In this document: piece by piece, positions 25,139 through 40,430 of the stretch
How positions within the stretch are numbered: the first letter of the stretch is position 1
How the letters are laid out: every line of letters begins with the position of its first letter
Assembly: GCA_973851085.1 (NCBI GenBank)
Contig: OZ316776.1
Span: forward strand, 1,984,001-2,048,000
Length of the DNA: 64,000 nt
Direction: 5' to 3'
Source: Ptychomitrium polyphyllum
Taxonomy: Eukaryota
Translations under genes and position numbers: made by a program
Notes under the pieces: generated by a model
The model's database searches: none
Told to the model about the DNA's origin: nothing
What the model saw: only the letters and a program-made list of their open reading frames with translations

Positions 25139-26699
25139 TTCAAAGAGACCCTCGCATTGTAAGGGCTGTACGAAGTATCATATGAAATGGGAAGCTGTTC
25201 CGTGTGTGAACTACCTCATTGGACAGCTTCCTGCTTCAGCACAGATGTTCAAATGAATTTTGTGGAAAGAATTTAGTACATGAAGCGTAGGAATCTTAAT
25301 TGCACTATTCATTGACACTGACAATGTAAGATGTAGACAACGACGAGTTTTGCACCTGTACATTTATTATTTGTTAGGAAAGGAAAATTTAGTTGTAATA
25401 GTTAATGAGATGGGTGTAGTCCAATTCATGCCTCCTTAGCAAGTCTACCGTAGTCTCAGCTGATTCTTCCTGCACGTATATAGCATCAGGTTTTTTGAAG
25501 TTGTGGCCATTTGTCCATTAATTTGGACTTGTGCAACCTTACAAAGTAATGCTTGTTTAATCTTCCTCATTTCCAGCTTTTTCTTTCGTGAAGGCAATCT
25601 TCACGCTGGAGAAAGAAACACTTTCTGGTGTCTCAAACAATCTGTAAGGCGAACTACTGGAAAACACACATTGGTACAATTTGATAATACCTGATGTTCT
25701 TACATTTCAGATTGGGTGATCGTGTCAAATTGTAACAAGATATGTTCGTTGTGAACTAAGACCTAGAAGACAAGTGTTAATTTCACTCCAAATCCTTCAT
25801 CCTCGAATCGCAGAGCATGAGAGAATCTCCAGGCTTAAGAGATTGTAGGCAGTAAGTTCCTAGTGATGAGGTAGTGCAGCAGCAGAATACCTAGCTGTCA
25901 AGCACCTCGTCAAGCACCCGACTCTGGAGTCTGGATCTGTCACAAAACCGTTCCATTCCAATGCTCTATGGGCTTGTTCGCTTTGCTTGCTCAGACGGAG
26001 AAAATTCCGTGGAGACGAGCTGTACAGAAGAGCAGCTAACTGAGTAGCCTTGGTCTTCCTGAGCATCTTGACGAGCTTTGTTCCCGTAGCCTTCAGGTGA
26101 GGATATGTTGTGCACATATCTTGCCTTCATTTATTTACTGTAGATTTCCCACTTTCCATGGTGAGGATGAGTTGCTCCAATTTTTAAAAGAATGTTGTGC
26201 ACATTTGGATATGCCAGTATTATTTTTAATTACGTTTTTATTTTTAAATATGAGCACAAACAAATGAACATAAGTTACAAAGATATGTTACTATTATAAC
26301 ATTTTTTGTAATAATTGAAGTAACTCACACTCACCCTAAAAAGTAAGAAATTAAGAAATCAACAATAAATGAATATATGAGTCTAATTTAGTAACATGAC
26401 ACATATACTCCCTTAATTTTTAGTGGAATAAGACCTTAATAATGGAGTTGCATCTTTGCAAGTGGAATTATCTCTTTGAGAGAGGTTGTTTAGAAGGGTC
26501 AGAGAAGAGGGTTATGTGCGCCTTCAATGGCTTTCTTATGCACTTTAGATACCCATCATTTTGAGGTGACTGAGTTAACATCACTTTTCTGAGCAAATAA
26601 ATATATTTAAATCATTTTCAAAGCAATCACCATTGAAGTGATCAAACAGCTGAAGATCTCGCCTTTGGAGACCCGCTCACCTTTGGTTTACATATTTCA

Positions 26700-27400
26700 T
26701 AACAGTCAGATGTATGATATTGTCTTCAATATACTTCCAGAACCTGGATGCGAAAAAACTCTGGGGCATTCGCCTTTCTTCGCCACTCTGACATATGCGC
26801 AGCAACAGGCTCTGTGAAAGCATCTCCGTCGCCGTCAGCTGCCATCACTCTCGTCGATCAGATGCATGTGGTAGATGTATAGTCAAATTTCTACTGATGT
26901 AGGAGAACCTGCGCCTTAAATCATGCAGCAAGAAACTCAGCTCGAGTTCCAGATTCTAGAAGATACGACTTAACAGTGGTCACAGAAATACTTTGAACCA
27001 GTTTAGAGATGGACTTTCTAAGACCCCCACAATGGAACTTCGAAGCAGCAACAGCAACTGCCAGGCAGGAGTCCCTGTGATCGCAGGAAGAACGAATCGT
27101 GCGACACTGTTTTAGTAGTTGAAATGCTATATCCTTTACCCGGCTTGGAATCATTCATGTGCGAAAGTCTACCGTTTATAATACCGAAAATTGGACTGAA
27201 TATTTGGGGGTATCCACATGGCTTCACGTCATATCATGTGAACATAAGTTGATCTTGTGGTCTGTTATTGGTATCTTCAAAAAAATTGATGAGCATTTTC
27301 TCCAGAAAATCAGGACCCAGGCTTGGAGATAACTCATTTGTGGACAGAAATAGGGAAATTATTATGCTGAGGTTAATACACTATGGGCCTCTTCGTTTCA
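26700..27400 (-). pseudogene. Possible BTB/POZ-domain pseudogene
   Basis: Frameshifted FPISVHK*VIS..DFLEKMLINFFED, RVKDIAFQLLK and CLAVAVAASKFHCGGLRK..ISVTTV resemble the BTB/BACK pattern; many stops. Confidence 0.4.
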
Positions 27401-30400
27401 GACCAGAGGCTGATGGCCGCTTTCTACCGAAGTCAAGGACCAAGTAAACGTCATGCCAGCTTGAAGCAAAATATAGGTTTGACCCCAAGAAGAGGTAATA
27501 AGAGGAAGGCCTTGACATGGCTCCTAGGAGAGAGTTAGCTTTCCATACATCGAGGACCCAACAATTGGAGTTTGGGTTATGTTATGCCATATTACAAAAT
27601 TTGACCAATCTGCTAAAACATTAAAACATGAATTAGATATCAGTCTCTACATTCAAGTAGAAGGCTTTGGAACCAATTTTGGGACTTCCACAAATCATGG
27701 GTCAGAATTTGACCATTGGCTTGGGTAGAAATCAACTCTAAGCGTTTGTTTAGAATCCATCCAACAATTGTCAATCATCAAAAATTTACTCAAAATAGAT
27801 CACCATGAGCTTGTAAAAATAAAAAATTCCCTTTGACTACATTTAGAATAAGATTATGATAGCCTCTCTTTTCATAGCTTGTTGGAAGGTCCCTTCACAT
27901 CTTATCCTGTACAAGACAAACTAAGCAAAATTTTCAATCCAAAATATGGGTATTTTAGATAGAAGGCAAGCCACTAGAGAAGATAGGAAGACATTAAAGT
28001 AATCAAGATGGAATAATCTTCTCACATAGACCAACTCTTGGGTCACCATTCCAAGAGCACTTCTAAAAATAATCAAAAGAAAATACTTTGATGTCATGTA
28101 GGTGGTCAATGCATTCTTCCATTCATCTTCAAATTATTTCACCTATAGGTATCAAAACAAGATGTAAGACTTTACAAAAGAACTTGAAAGTTTTAACTAA
28201 TCAAATTATAAAAATCATCTGAATATGACAGAAATTTCTTCTCCTACATGTGACAAGACAAAGTCTGAAGCAGCCCTCAATAACAACTCAAATGATTGTG
28301 GACTCTAAACAGTACCTTTCCAAAGCCAATGGCTTGTGCCTCAAAACAGAGTAGCCGGGAAAGAAGGTGTACTGTATTGTGCATCTGTCTTCTAAACCAC
28401 AATGGAAACAGCTTCAATATGCTCCAAATAATGCCAAAGGCAATAGATTTTTGGAAAGAAATTGAATTTGCATTGTTAAAGATTTGGTGCCTACAAGATG
28501 ACACAGAACTCATACACCTTAGTAACCCACATTCAATCCTAAATCAGCTCAAGCCCTGGCTTCATCCATATGCATGCACTGTAATGTAGCATCACCTCTC
28601 ATTGCTCATAGAACTCCTATAGTGCGGCACACATTACTGCCCTCACTGCACCATTACATGGTTGTGAATGGCAATCAAGAGCCAATGCTAGGATCCATCA
28701 TAACTTACCAAGGATCAAAAACCCTGGAAGCAGAGTGAAGAAATTGCAGTTTAAACCTCAGATGGACAGAAGGAATTCTTCCAAAACTTAAAATGCAGCA
28801 TCTGCTGATGGACCCTTTTCTATGCAAATGTTCAATTAGCTATGCCATGTAACAGTTTTGAGATGGAGGGAACATGATACTTTAGTTCTCTAGAAGAAAG
28901 GTGAGGCATTAGACTGCCTCTTCTTCAAATACTTATTGTTTTCCACTTGCAAGGTAGTAATGTTGTCTGTGTTTGATTGGCACAGATGATTTTCATAACT
29001 GATTACTTGACCCTTTTGGTAGGTAACCAACAATTTTATATGGGAATATGCAAAAAGCTATCCAAAAATAATTATCTAGAGATAAAGATAGTTTTCTATG
29101 AAAATTTTGAGAACTTTGTTACTTTTGGTCACTCTAGGAATATCTTTAAAAGGTTATATATAAGCATAAAAAACTTCAAACCTTTTTTTATAAATATCTT
29201 GCTTTTGATATTAATTTCATATTTTTTCCTTAATAACATTTTAATTTACAATTTGACATTTAACAAATAAATCTTATGAATGATACTTTACCTTTAAGGT
29301 TTTATTTAACAGTTAAAGCATATGTCCATTTTTTTAAATGATACTATTTTATGCCTTTTACATGAGGAGTGTTTTTATTAAAAACTATATACAAGTGATA
29401 TGTTTGCAAAGAAAATAAATTATGCATTCATAATCAACAATGGAAAGAATTGACTTAATTCATATTGGTCTTCTTATTGACCTTTAATCAATTTTGAAGT
29501 AAGTCAAAATGATTCCTATTGGTTTATGCACTTATTTGTGACTATATGATTGGTGAATTAGTGGGTTTGGTTTCAATATTTGATTGAAGGTAGGATAATC
29601 CATAACCATTTCTTGATTCATAGACATGAATTCTTAAAATCTTGGAAAATCTTGAAAATGAGTAAATATGATTATAAGAGTATACCATATTTTAACTATA
29701 GATTTTAGGTCTTAATAATAAATCAAACTATGTATGTATATTAAAAATTCACAATAAATTCATATTATGTCTAAATAATATGTTTCAAAGTGAGTTGGAA
29801 GGATTTTCTCTAAAAAGAAAACATAATTTAATAATACTTTTTTTCAAAACTGTTAATAGTAACCATGGTTAGGCGTCTTTAAATCACACTTGTCAACCGT
29901 GAGGCAGTTCCACCAAAGCTTGCCGTGTTTCAGGTTTCTCTAGGTGATGAAGTGCAGCCTCACCCCTACAACAACAAAAAGCAGATGGTATACTGTAACC
30001 ACATCAGCTGTGGTGGGTTGCTTTGGGTGTACCTGTTCCAGTTTGAGGTTTCTACAGGTACTTTCAGACACTCCAGTTGTTGCTCGGAGACTCAATAATT
30101 TAATGTCAATGTGGACATAGATTGATGGGATCTTCATTGCCTTCAAACAACAAATCGTTACAAAACCAATCACTCAAAAGAGAAGTCAAACGCCTACATT
30201 GAGAAGCCAATGATCACGATCACATGGCTGTTCAAAGATAATTTGCCAAATTTACATTGACCATGTACACATCACATAGCTAAAAGAGCATGTGGTTTGC
30301 TCATGATGGTGTTCTGGGTTCTTTATTGCATGGGTTGGATTGTACCTTGTTGCAGCCCAATTTCATTTGCCAGATTCCAAACTACTAGTGCCAATCCTGT

Positions 30401-32949
30401 ACAGTCTGGGAAGGATATGGGCTTGACATGAGAAATCAAATATAGATAGTCTCTAAGAATAAAATATACATGTACTGCTGTGACAACCTATAAGTTATGT
30501 TTCCAAAGGTACAAAGCTCCAGCATGTACAATTGAACGTAATGCATACACAATAAAACCTTTTTTTAATCACAAGGTCCGTTCCCATGTTTCTCATATCC
30601 GTCATGTTTAAAAGGTGAAGTTGAAAGGTTTGGAAGGGTCTTATCTTGCATGGGAGCCGCAATCAATTAGTAAGGAATCACCAAAAAGTAAAAAAGATCT
30701 AATATTTTCTATGTGTTGAACACTACAAATTGTGGTTCAAAAATCTACTATTGTTTAATATGATGTTGATAATTTTGAATATGCTCATTATTTATTGGTT
30801 CTACCTTCATACCATTATTTCCCTATTAATTGGGAACCCTTCATTCCATAATATTTATGTTTTTAATGCCAATTTGGAACATGTAAATAGCCAATATAGT
30901 ATATATAATGAGATTATCTTCTCACAATATTCATAAAAAAGAATGTAATACTACTTTAGCTATAAATTTGTGTTTCTTGTTGCAATTTATGCTTATCAAA
31001 ATTTATTAAATCTTACTTTAAAGCTAAATGATAATTAGTACTTGAAAAAAAAACAAAGAACTGTTTTAGTATTATTTATCAATGTGCAAAGCTATTCATC
31101 TAAAGAATGTTCTTTTCCATGTCATAGACATTTGTCATTGTAAAGGTATTTATTCACTATAGATTTTGTACTTAATATTTTAATTTTAGTATATAAAATA
31201 TGATAATTTCTTGTGTTATGTTCACAAATTAAAAAAACCAAGTATAAATTTATTTCAATATAAAAATTTACTTAAAATAACTATTTTTTGAAAGATTCAA
31301 TTAAAGTAGAAAGTATGAGAAAATCAATGTTTAATGATTCCTTGTTGATTTATCTAAAGTTGAGAAATTCACCAAAAATAAATTTTCTATTGTCTAATAA
31401 ATAATAACTACTACAACAAATAAAAAATAGGTCACAATTGATGAATTGCATGATTAATGTAATATGCCTACATTATTTTCATTGTGTGAACCACATTCCA
31501 AGGAGCAATTTGCATTATTTAGATATACCTCTTTTAACATAAGCCATATTACTTAAGAAATCCACTTTATTTGTGTTATTTTAACATATGATTTATTTAG
31601 CATTTTGAATAAAAGAGATACTTTTGTAATTCATGGATGACTTTTCAATTGAAAAATTTACGTTATTTTATACCTCAAGTATATTTAATGTAGCTTTCTT
31701 TGATTGGATATTATATTATTTGATAAATCATACTATGCAAAAAAAATTCTAATAAGACTCAAGGATTTCAAGAGTTCTAAAACAAAGCTTCATCATGTGC
31801 AACTGCAGAAAACACCTTACAAGATTAGTTTTTAAAATTTTACATTAAATTTCTCGGATTTCAAGTTGATTTTGCTGACAAGGTTTTTAAAAACAATTGA
31901 ATTTTCAGGAAAGGAGACTTTTATTGAGTTCCATGTTGCTCTAAGCTCGGTTGCTTGAGCACTACCACTTGTCGAGTCTACAGGTTTGAGGGTATTTGGA
32001 CACAAACTGTTCCCTTTGTGTACGTCAATTTAAGAGGCTGTGATGTCAACTCCCCACATGAATACTAGACATGATCTTCTTGTTCTCATTGGCTGAGGGC
32101 AAACTTGGTGAAAACCAGTTTTTTCACCCATCTAAGATTTCAAAGAATTTATGTTGAACATTGGCTCCATTTCCTCTTTCAGTATTGACTTTTAAGTTGA
32201 TTTGATAAGTTATTCATCTGGCACTCATCTGTGGATCATAGTGAAGCAAAGCTAATATGTCAATTTTGAAAGCTCTTGAAAGACAATTACAAGCCCATAC
32301 AAGATGGTTACAAGTCCATACTTTGGCATCTATTTTTTTAATATTCATTTTTCTTCCTCCCTTCTTGTTAGTAAGAAATCTGATTATCCACAGATTTGGT
32401 GTTTCATACATTACAAGGAATAAATTTGTTAGTTGTTACGGGGTCATAGATTTATTGTGATCATCAATGACTCAGTTACAGACAAATTCACACTTCTGAA
32501 ATTACTTTTCTACAAAATAACTAAAATCCTCACAAAAATTTAGGTGTATAGCAATGTTTACCTTAGTGTCATCCAAGTATCATCATCGTATCACCTAATA
32601 TTATCTACATATTACATGAGTAACAGGAAAACTGTGGCCACAAGGGAAAATAAAAAGTAAAAAGAACAACTAATCCCTGGAACCCCCAAAAGTTTAGACG
32701 TTATGTAATAACTTAATGCTATGAGGATGCGCCTCTTATGACGATTTTATTCATGAATACAGAATACGGTCGGTATTTTCTGGAGCTTACTATATAATTA
32801 ATACGTAGAATTTGTGGAAATGAAACCGATGCAATAACTACAGGTGCATGATCTACTGACAGCGCAGCAAAATTCATTAGAACTCTAGATTTTCAAGCAG
32901 ATTTGCACACCAACTCTTTGTACTGCAACACCAATAGAAGAGCAATTAG

Positions 32950-33440
32950 TGAATCATTCAATGCAGATATTAAATTTTTAAATTGAAATTTCAGAAAAAT
33001 TTGATTCCCAGTAGCCCAGTGCAATGGCCGGCATATTACTGGAGGTACTGTAGTGGTAACCCAATTATTTCCCAATTATGTAGGTACCAAATCTGCACTT
33101 ACTCTAATTGGGGGAAAGTGGAAAAGAAGATAAAGTAAAAGGTAGAATTCTCTCAACGACATGAAACTAGCGAACTTAATTGGATCAAGGTCAACTGTCA
33201 TGATCAGAAATAGAAAAGGAGATGCAATTCGAAATCTAGTGGAATCAATTGTGATCACAGACAGAAAATGGCCCCTTATCCTTGGCGAGGCCCATGCATA
33301 TAGTGCGAGATTGAAGTGTGATTGTTCGAAGTTTGAACGGCACTGCAGCAGCCAAAGGCCCATTGTGATTCCCAGACGAATCTCTCCGAAGTCCGAAGCA
33401 TCTCCACCTTCATTCCCGTTCAGAATAACATTGGTCAAAT
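32950..33440 (-). mobile_element. Possible LINE ORF1 (DUF4283-like) relic
   Basis: Weak pattern: W..IRGHFLSV..SPFLF..NWVTT.VPP...LHWATGNQI. Confidence 0.25.
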
Positions 33441-36400
33441 TTAATCATACATGGGACCCATCTATATTAAGACAACAGGTGTTTGTTTTGTTTTGCTAGT
33501 GACAGTATCTAAAATCTCCAAACCATCAAGACTACAACTTGGTCCGTTTCAAACGGCAAGATCTTCCCAAATACTTTCTCCTTCCAAGGGAAAGATGTCT
33601 AGCAGCCAAGGCTGGTAGAAGAGCAATGTTTTTTTATCTAGAAGTAACGGGTGGCAGTTAATGGCAAACCAAGGCTAGGAATATAACTGAGGGCGGCTAC
33701 ATCTTTTGCGTCCTAACTATCATTAAATTGGTGGATCCAAAAGTTTTGGAGTTGTTCCAGTTCAAGATGCATCTAAGATGATTGCTTACACATGGCCTCA
33801 AATCAACATTGACCTCAATTGGATTGTCTTATGATATTGTCAAAAGGTTCTTAGAAGAGGGTGCAAATCAATGGATTGACAAGTTTTTAAACCTCGGTGA
33901 TCCTTTGGTAATATTACATTGTAATTTGAAATTTGAAAAAGGAAGTGCTATATCCAAATGAAATTATAATTAGATTGCCGTTTGCATTAAAATTTGTAGG
34001 AGGCCTTGAACACTAATTCTATAACAAAAAGAAAGAGCTTAGAAAAGAAAACAACCAGAGAAATAAATGGGAAAAATCGTGGAATGTGATCCTGTTTGTG
34101 CCTGATTAAAAATAAAGGTGAAATCAAAGGAAAAGCAGGGGAATTACACTACTGGTGTGCTTGGACTCTGCCAAGGTTATAAATGACTTGGTCTGCCACT
34201 TTTGGAAGTTGGGTATACCAGAAAAAGACAGCGTCCGGGACGCAGAAACACGATGGATCCGGGATGCCGTTGCAGCCTGCCTGAGGAGGAAATTGTACCC
34301 AAATGAAGACGAGCGGAGTTCACTAGAGTGTCCATTTTGAGTGCATGTGAGCTTCCTTTAGGCCTATTTGAGCGGCAGAGCAGTGTAAATCGGGAAAGGA
34401 AAGAGTAAAAGAGGCAAGACTAAGCGAACCGAGAGTCTCGAGACTCAGAGACTGGCATAAATAGTGCAGAGCGAAGCGGAGGGAGGGCGCTGCTGCAGTT
34501 CTGCTGAATCTGAGCTCTTTTGATTGGCCTCCGAGCAGGTTGCGCCTTGCCATCAAATCCGGGGTCTGACTGCTCTGGTATTCAGGGTGGGAGGGATAAT
34601 TAACAGGAGAGAGCGCCACATCTCTCGACTATTAATCGTAAACTTGGAGAAGTGTCAGGAAAAGACTGGCGCTGCAGGGTCAGGGCTCTCACATGGCACT
34701 GTACTGTCTTGTTCACTTCGTCATCTATAATGTGCATGCACTGGTGACTTCATGGCCTGTGCGTTATGGCACGCGGCCGAGATTTCTGAGGCTGCCTTGG
34801 GGTCCCCCGCTGCTGTCGGCACGCAGTCTGGGAATGCAGTTCGCAGTGGCCCGGGAAGATCGAAATCGACTAAGTAGAGTAGTACAGAAGTGGAACGAAT
34901 ACGACGGATCCCGGGCTGTGGAGGTAAGTATCTGAGGTGAATATTCTCCCCGACGCCGAGGAGGATCATCCTGTTGTAACTGGCCCTTTGCAGCTTGAAA
35001 TACGATCTTGGCATGTGAGTTCCATCATTTGCTGCGTCCACTGGTATCATCGAGGTGGGAGTGCAGAAGGAGCATGACTCCGTCGATCACGTAGAGGTCG
35101 AGTAGAGTACGAAATGAAAAAGCTTGCAGCTTTTCGTCAAAGTTTCAGAGGATTTTATTTCAATGATAAAGATTCCGGGAAGCAAGTGAGTTCATTCAAC
35201 GTAACGTCAATATTCATGCTCCTGCTCCTATCAGAAACTGCGGGTACATCACAATGTGTGCCAGCACAGTGCACAACATCATATTTACTCAATCTAAATG
35301 CACAAGTTAGCACTACTTGGTGTAAACATGATGGTTTCTGCCCTCGTGGCTTGCATTCTCCCAAGTAGGAGCTCGGCCCTACACTTGCTGGTCTGCGTAT
35401 CCTTGCAGGGCTGCCGTGTTAACTTGTATACATATTTCCTTGAATCTTGAATCAACACCCGCTTTTCAGCTAGAAAAAATAAAAACTTGAATGCACAAGT
35501 TCTCGATCGATTATCCTGAAGAATGATTTAATGAAGCTTTCTACACAGTGACGGAGGGAAGCATTCAACGATCCTTCAGATATTTGGGGTATTATAACTG
35601 ACTTCACTGATAATGTAATATTCATTAAATTGGCAATTCCCGTTGTTTGCACTGCTTTAAAAGTGTGAAAACAACTATTATTTCAGTGTACAAGTTGGCA
35701 GCTTAACATTATGAAAATAACAAGGATTGCTCAATTCAACGAATATGATGTTTCATTTGGAATGTCATTTCATGATTTGTGACTTCATATGTAACAGGCA
35801 GAGAATACATGTAATAAGCTAGGAGTTGGTATCTAGATGCATTAGTCCAGCTTGAGTCCGAAGGTGATGACCAGATGATCTCTATGTCGGATGAGAGCAG
35901 CACACTGATCTCACTATTCTTCTAGTATCTTTATTCTTGTGCCTTCGACGTTAGAGTGCCCTGTGTGTGAATAAATGTGAGCTCCAATCATATTCTGTTA
36001 TTCGCTATATTTCGTGAGCTGTTCTAAATCCTGCTGTAATATGGACCTCAATGTGGGACGTTTAATTTCAGCTCAGATCAACATGTGATAATTGGGCGCT
36101 CGAAGCGATATGTACTTACACGAGTCAAAGTCGAAGCGTATGGAATTTCTGTGACATATTCAAGGTTGACAGATCTCGAGGCAACTCAGGTCAACGAAGT
36201 CCCCATTCATCTGAATTCAATTTCTAGCTGAGGAGTAGAATTCGGGAATCAAGTGGAAAGTATATTATTCTAATCAAGTTTAAACTAAGTGAGATAGTAT
36301 ACTTTGCAATCATGTCACTGAATAAATCACAACTCCAGACGGCACACTAGATTTATTCAACATTTGATTGAACGAAGTGCGACCAAGCCTACTCAGTCAT

Positions 36401-39400
36401 CACGCTAGAATAAATACAATCCTCATACAGACACACAAAATATTCTCTCAAATGTAGCAAGCCAGAAGCTGAAGCCAACCTGTAATATATGTGGATTAAT
36501 GAGAACGACGTGGCGAGTGCATGAGTCATACTGATGAAACGTGTCAGTTTTGGGGCTTTCCTTCTACAACACTTACTGTGGGAGCAGTGCGTCTTCATGC
36601 AAACTTTCCTGACAACTGAGCAGCTCAGATTCTTTCCAAGTTTCCAGACTATTTGAAATTTGAATTGGAAGTTGTCCATGGAGTACAGATATGTGTGCCT
36701 CCAGTGCAGTAGTATACTAGGTACATATTACGGCAGTGTGATTCGCCACGCAATCTAATGTTAATTTGCAGCGCTAATTCACAGCTGCTAAAGCCCCCTG
36801 CCAACATTCCCTTCAGGTCGGCTAATTCATCGGCCTTTCATGAGCCCAGGTCGACGAGGCTCTTGTGACGGTGAGCCTGCTCACGCTACAGTTAACTACC
36901 GGTGCTGTCAGTCATCATCTACACAGTGATGCCGGACCCTTAACCGTGGTACTGCAAAACTTGATCTTACCCCCTTGAAGTTTCTAATTAAGCAGGAAGT
37001 GGGGTGAAGTCAAATTCAATCTGCTTTATTCTAGAAGGGGGTTCCTGGGCACCCTCTGCTAAATGAAGGAGTAACAAGCTGCACCAGGAGTAGGAAACAG
37101 TAATATGCCTCGCATAGAGCCTGCATGCCGGCAACAGCGACAACAATATAAAACTATCGTGTTCCAGCAGAAGGCTGTAATATCTGCTTTCCACTTATGA
37201 TGTTTCGACACCTGGGTCTGTTCCTTGATACCTGCAGAAGTTGACTTGGTTAGACTCTACTGTCCAATCCTTGGACTTGATTCTTCAGGTTCGTCATTAG
37301 TGGGCTCCCCACCAAGACTGTCTTCTCAGCTTTTGTAGATAGGGATATTCTCATATGAACAGATATTCTAAATTCATTCAACTTTTGAAAAAAAACTCCC
37401 ATTTCAATAAGTTAAATTGAATTTCAGGTACCAATCAAACATGAAGGTTCAACTGCAAGAAGTCAGAGTGATTTTTAATTTTCAGTGTAAGTTTCTAGGT
37501 CTTGAAATTGAATAAGGGGGATTGGAAGAATATTTTTATATTGCCAAATGAAAATGCAAAGGGTGACAATTGAGGTCACTCACCAGTGTGTGGCAAAGTT
37601 GAAGCTACCAGCAGCTTATGGTGATCTTTTGAAGATCCCTATTATGAGTCATTGCACTGTAGATGACATTTCCTCCTTTTAAAACTGGTGTTCACAGTTA
37701 AAAGGAAAGTACACTTAACACTGCCACAGTAGATTTTTGAGGCAGTAGACACATAACATTCTTTAAGCAGCTGGGCAACCTTATTAAGGCAACAACATTC
37801 ATAATTGGGACTTGAAGGGTGCTAAATATAATTATCAGTAATAAATCACAGTTCTATGATTTCATATGGTGGTGAAATTTCAATGACTTTAAATATGTAA
37901 TAATTATACTTTTAAAAATTTTAAATATAATTCTTCATTCATTTCTTATAATAATTTTATACTAGAGCATACTACTTATTTTTTTAATCATCTTTTAACT
38001 TCTATCTTACATTATGTATTATTCGAATTATATCTGTAACAACTACAATGCTCCTTTTCAGCCTTAATTGTAATTCTTGTACCAGTTTATAGTAGATTTG
38101 GTAGACTTTTCAATGTAATTCAAATTAATTTCATAATTTGAAAAGAAATTAATTGACATCAATTAAGGTCTTACTTCTAAGATTTTTAATTTTGAAATCA
38201 AAATTTCTCCATATAATATTCAAATAATATGTTTTAAAAGTTATTGAAATTCCACTACCTTATGAAATCATAAAATGGTGTAATAATAACATTGTTTATA
38301 ATATATATTATGATTGTTCTTATTATATGTTATTATAATATATCATTATTATTGAATTTTATATGATTTTAAAGGTTTATAAAGATTCAATAAACATGTC
38401 ATAAATAAATAAGAATATAAAATATATTAAAATCTCATGGTGGTATTTAATGCATTTTTATAAAGCATTTCATAGCTTCATATTGTGTATCTTTCCAAAT
38501 ATTTTTATATATTTTAATACATCTTTTAAAGTGCCCTTTCATATTGATACAATGTATGTAATGCATTCATATTTTTTTATGTTGTAATTAAATTTGATGA
38601 ATTAAGATTCTTTTTATACCACCAAGTAATTTTGAAATGTTGATTTTTTAATATATTTTCAATGTTTAAACTAAAAAATTGTTTGAAATGTTTTTAATTT
38701 GTAATAGAAAATTATATAATATATGGCCAAATGAAGTTTATTAAGATTCATTAAAAGAAAGTATTGAAGTTTTGGTGCAATGAATACATTTTAATACAAA
38801 AAACTCATATTTATCACAATTCTAAAAAATTTGTTATTATCAATTTGGATAAATTCATTCAAATTATTCTAATAAAAAATATTTATTTATTTTTATAACA
38901 TGATTTGTTGTATTAGCTAATATGGAAATAACTCTATAAGATATTCCTTTCATTCTACCATTAATAAGAATATAGTTTAATAACCAACAATTGATTCAAT
39001 TTAAATTTATCTATCATTTTTTGTTATTACTTTTATTCTTTCATACTAATTTACAACATGCTATAGTGTCTATCATCCTTTAGTAAATTGTACTTTCAAC
39101 ATGCCAATTTATATCATGCAAATATAAGTGATGAGAAAATGGATAAATATATGTTTCACCTACACTATCTTTTTAAAAGCAAATAAACTTATAGTTAGTT
39201 CTAAATAAATGGTATAGAAATTATTAAAATTTAGGATCACAAGTTTGAATTGAATAAAAACAAGAAAGTAAATCAAATTAATAGAATGATCATTATCTTG
39301 GCTTGACCTTTAATCCTTTTGCATTTGAGTGTTTGTTGAATATACCAAAATAATGACTTGAAAGTTCATTGAAAAAGCTCAAAGATTAAAGCTTTAATTT

Positions 39401-39745
39401 AGAAGTGGTTGATACATTTTGAATAATTAAAAGTACTAGAGTTACACATCAAAACCATAAATTCCATCACATTTGTAACATATTTGTAAGTGTTTAGTCA
39501 AAATGAACGGATGAAAAATCTCAAGGGAGCAAGAAGATGTACTTTGTGATGAATGGGAATCACAAACCCAAAAGAACAAAAAAACAAAAGTTTCTCTTTA
39601 AGAGAAACCTAAACTGAATGATGAAGTGGATCACAAATAAAGAAATGTATTGGCTTCAACAGCGCAACAAAGTGATATATTGTTTGTGCCTGTATATGGT
39701 TGTTGCGAGCGTAGTCAATGCACAGAATAGATTTGGTATACTAGA

Positions 39746-40240
39746 TTGAAGAAACAAATCATATGGTGCCATGCTCTGAGGGAAAATGACAACATCCTGG
39801 CCAATAAGAATGAAATCGCAAGGTGGGCTGAAGAAAAGATCGGACAGGGCAACCACTGGGAATGGGCCAACAGAACAACACACACGCTGGGCATAAAGAG
39901 CTACATGCCAAAGGAAATTAATGGGCAATCTACCCAGGCCATGGGATCCTCCAGCGGCCAGCCAGTCATCAACTAGAGAGACCATTTTGCATCTGCTGCA
40001 GTTGCTCATTGGTTTAGAACATCCATGTGAAACATGGCTGCCAATCAGCATACATACTGCCATAGGCCCTTCATTTGTGTTAGGTCTTCATTATGTTTGT
40101 GTATTACAAGGCCGAGTTGATGATCCCGCTCCAACTCCAGGATTTTGAAAAAGATTCAACCCAGTTTGTAGCCCCTTCCAAAAACAAGAGGAAATGGACC
40201 CTTTGCAGTACATTTCCTTGTCCTTGTGGTCAGAAAGAAA
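39746..40240 (+). mobile_element. Possible LINE ORF1 (DUF4283-like) relic
   Basis: Weak pattern: EIARWAEEKIGQGNHW..LGIKSY..ETWLP; frameshifted. Confidence 0.25.
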
Positions 40241-40406
40241 GAACAAAAGAAGGAGACGACTTTCTTATTTCCAAATGCTAAATACAGATCAGATAGATAC
40301 TGGGCATTTTTCGCTGGGAAGTCAAATGGATGGTAACTATACGGTTACTATCGAATTTGGTTAATGATATTACTGATTCATTTTGGAAAGATCTAGTGTT
40401 CCGGAA

Positions 40407-40430
40407 ATATATATATATATATATATATAT
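40407..40430. repeat. (AT)12 microsatellite
   Basis: Seen directly. Confidence 0.9.

Noticed and set aside
27560..28900. Possible NB-ARC relic (LPLAL-like words)
   Set aside because: No P-loop or kinase-2 motif found; too degenerate to call.
31935..32000. tRNA/SINE-like A and B boxes
   Set aside because: The boxes are too degenerate and no cloverleaf forms.
34150..37350. Moderately GC-rich stretch with short ORFs and splice-like sites
   Set aside because: No consistent exon chain or domain could be built; left unannotated rather than excluded.
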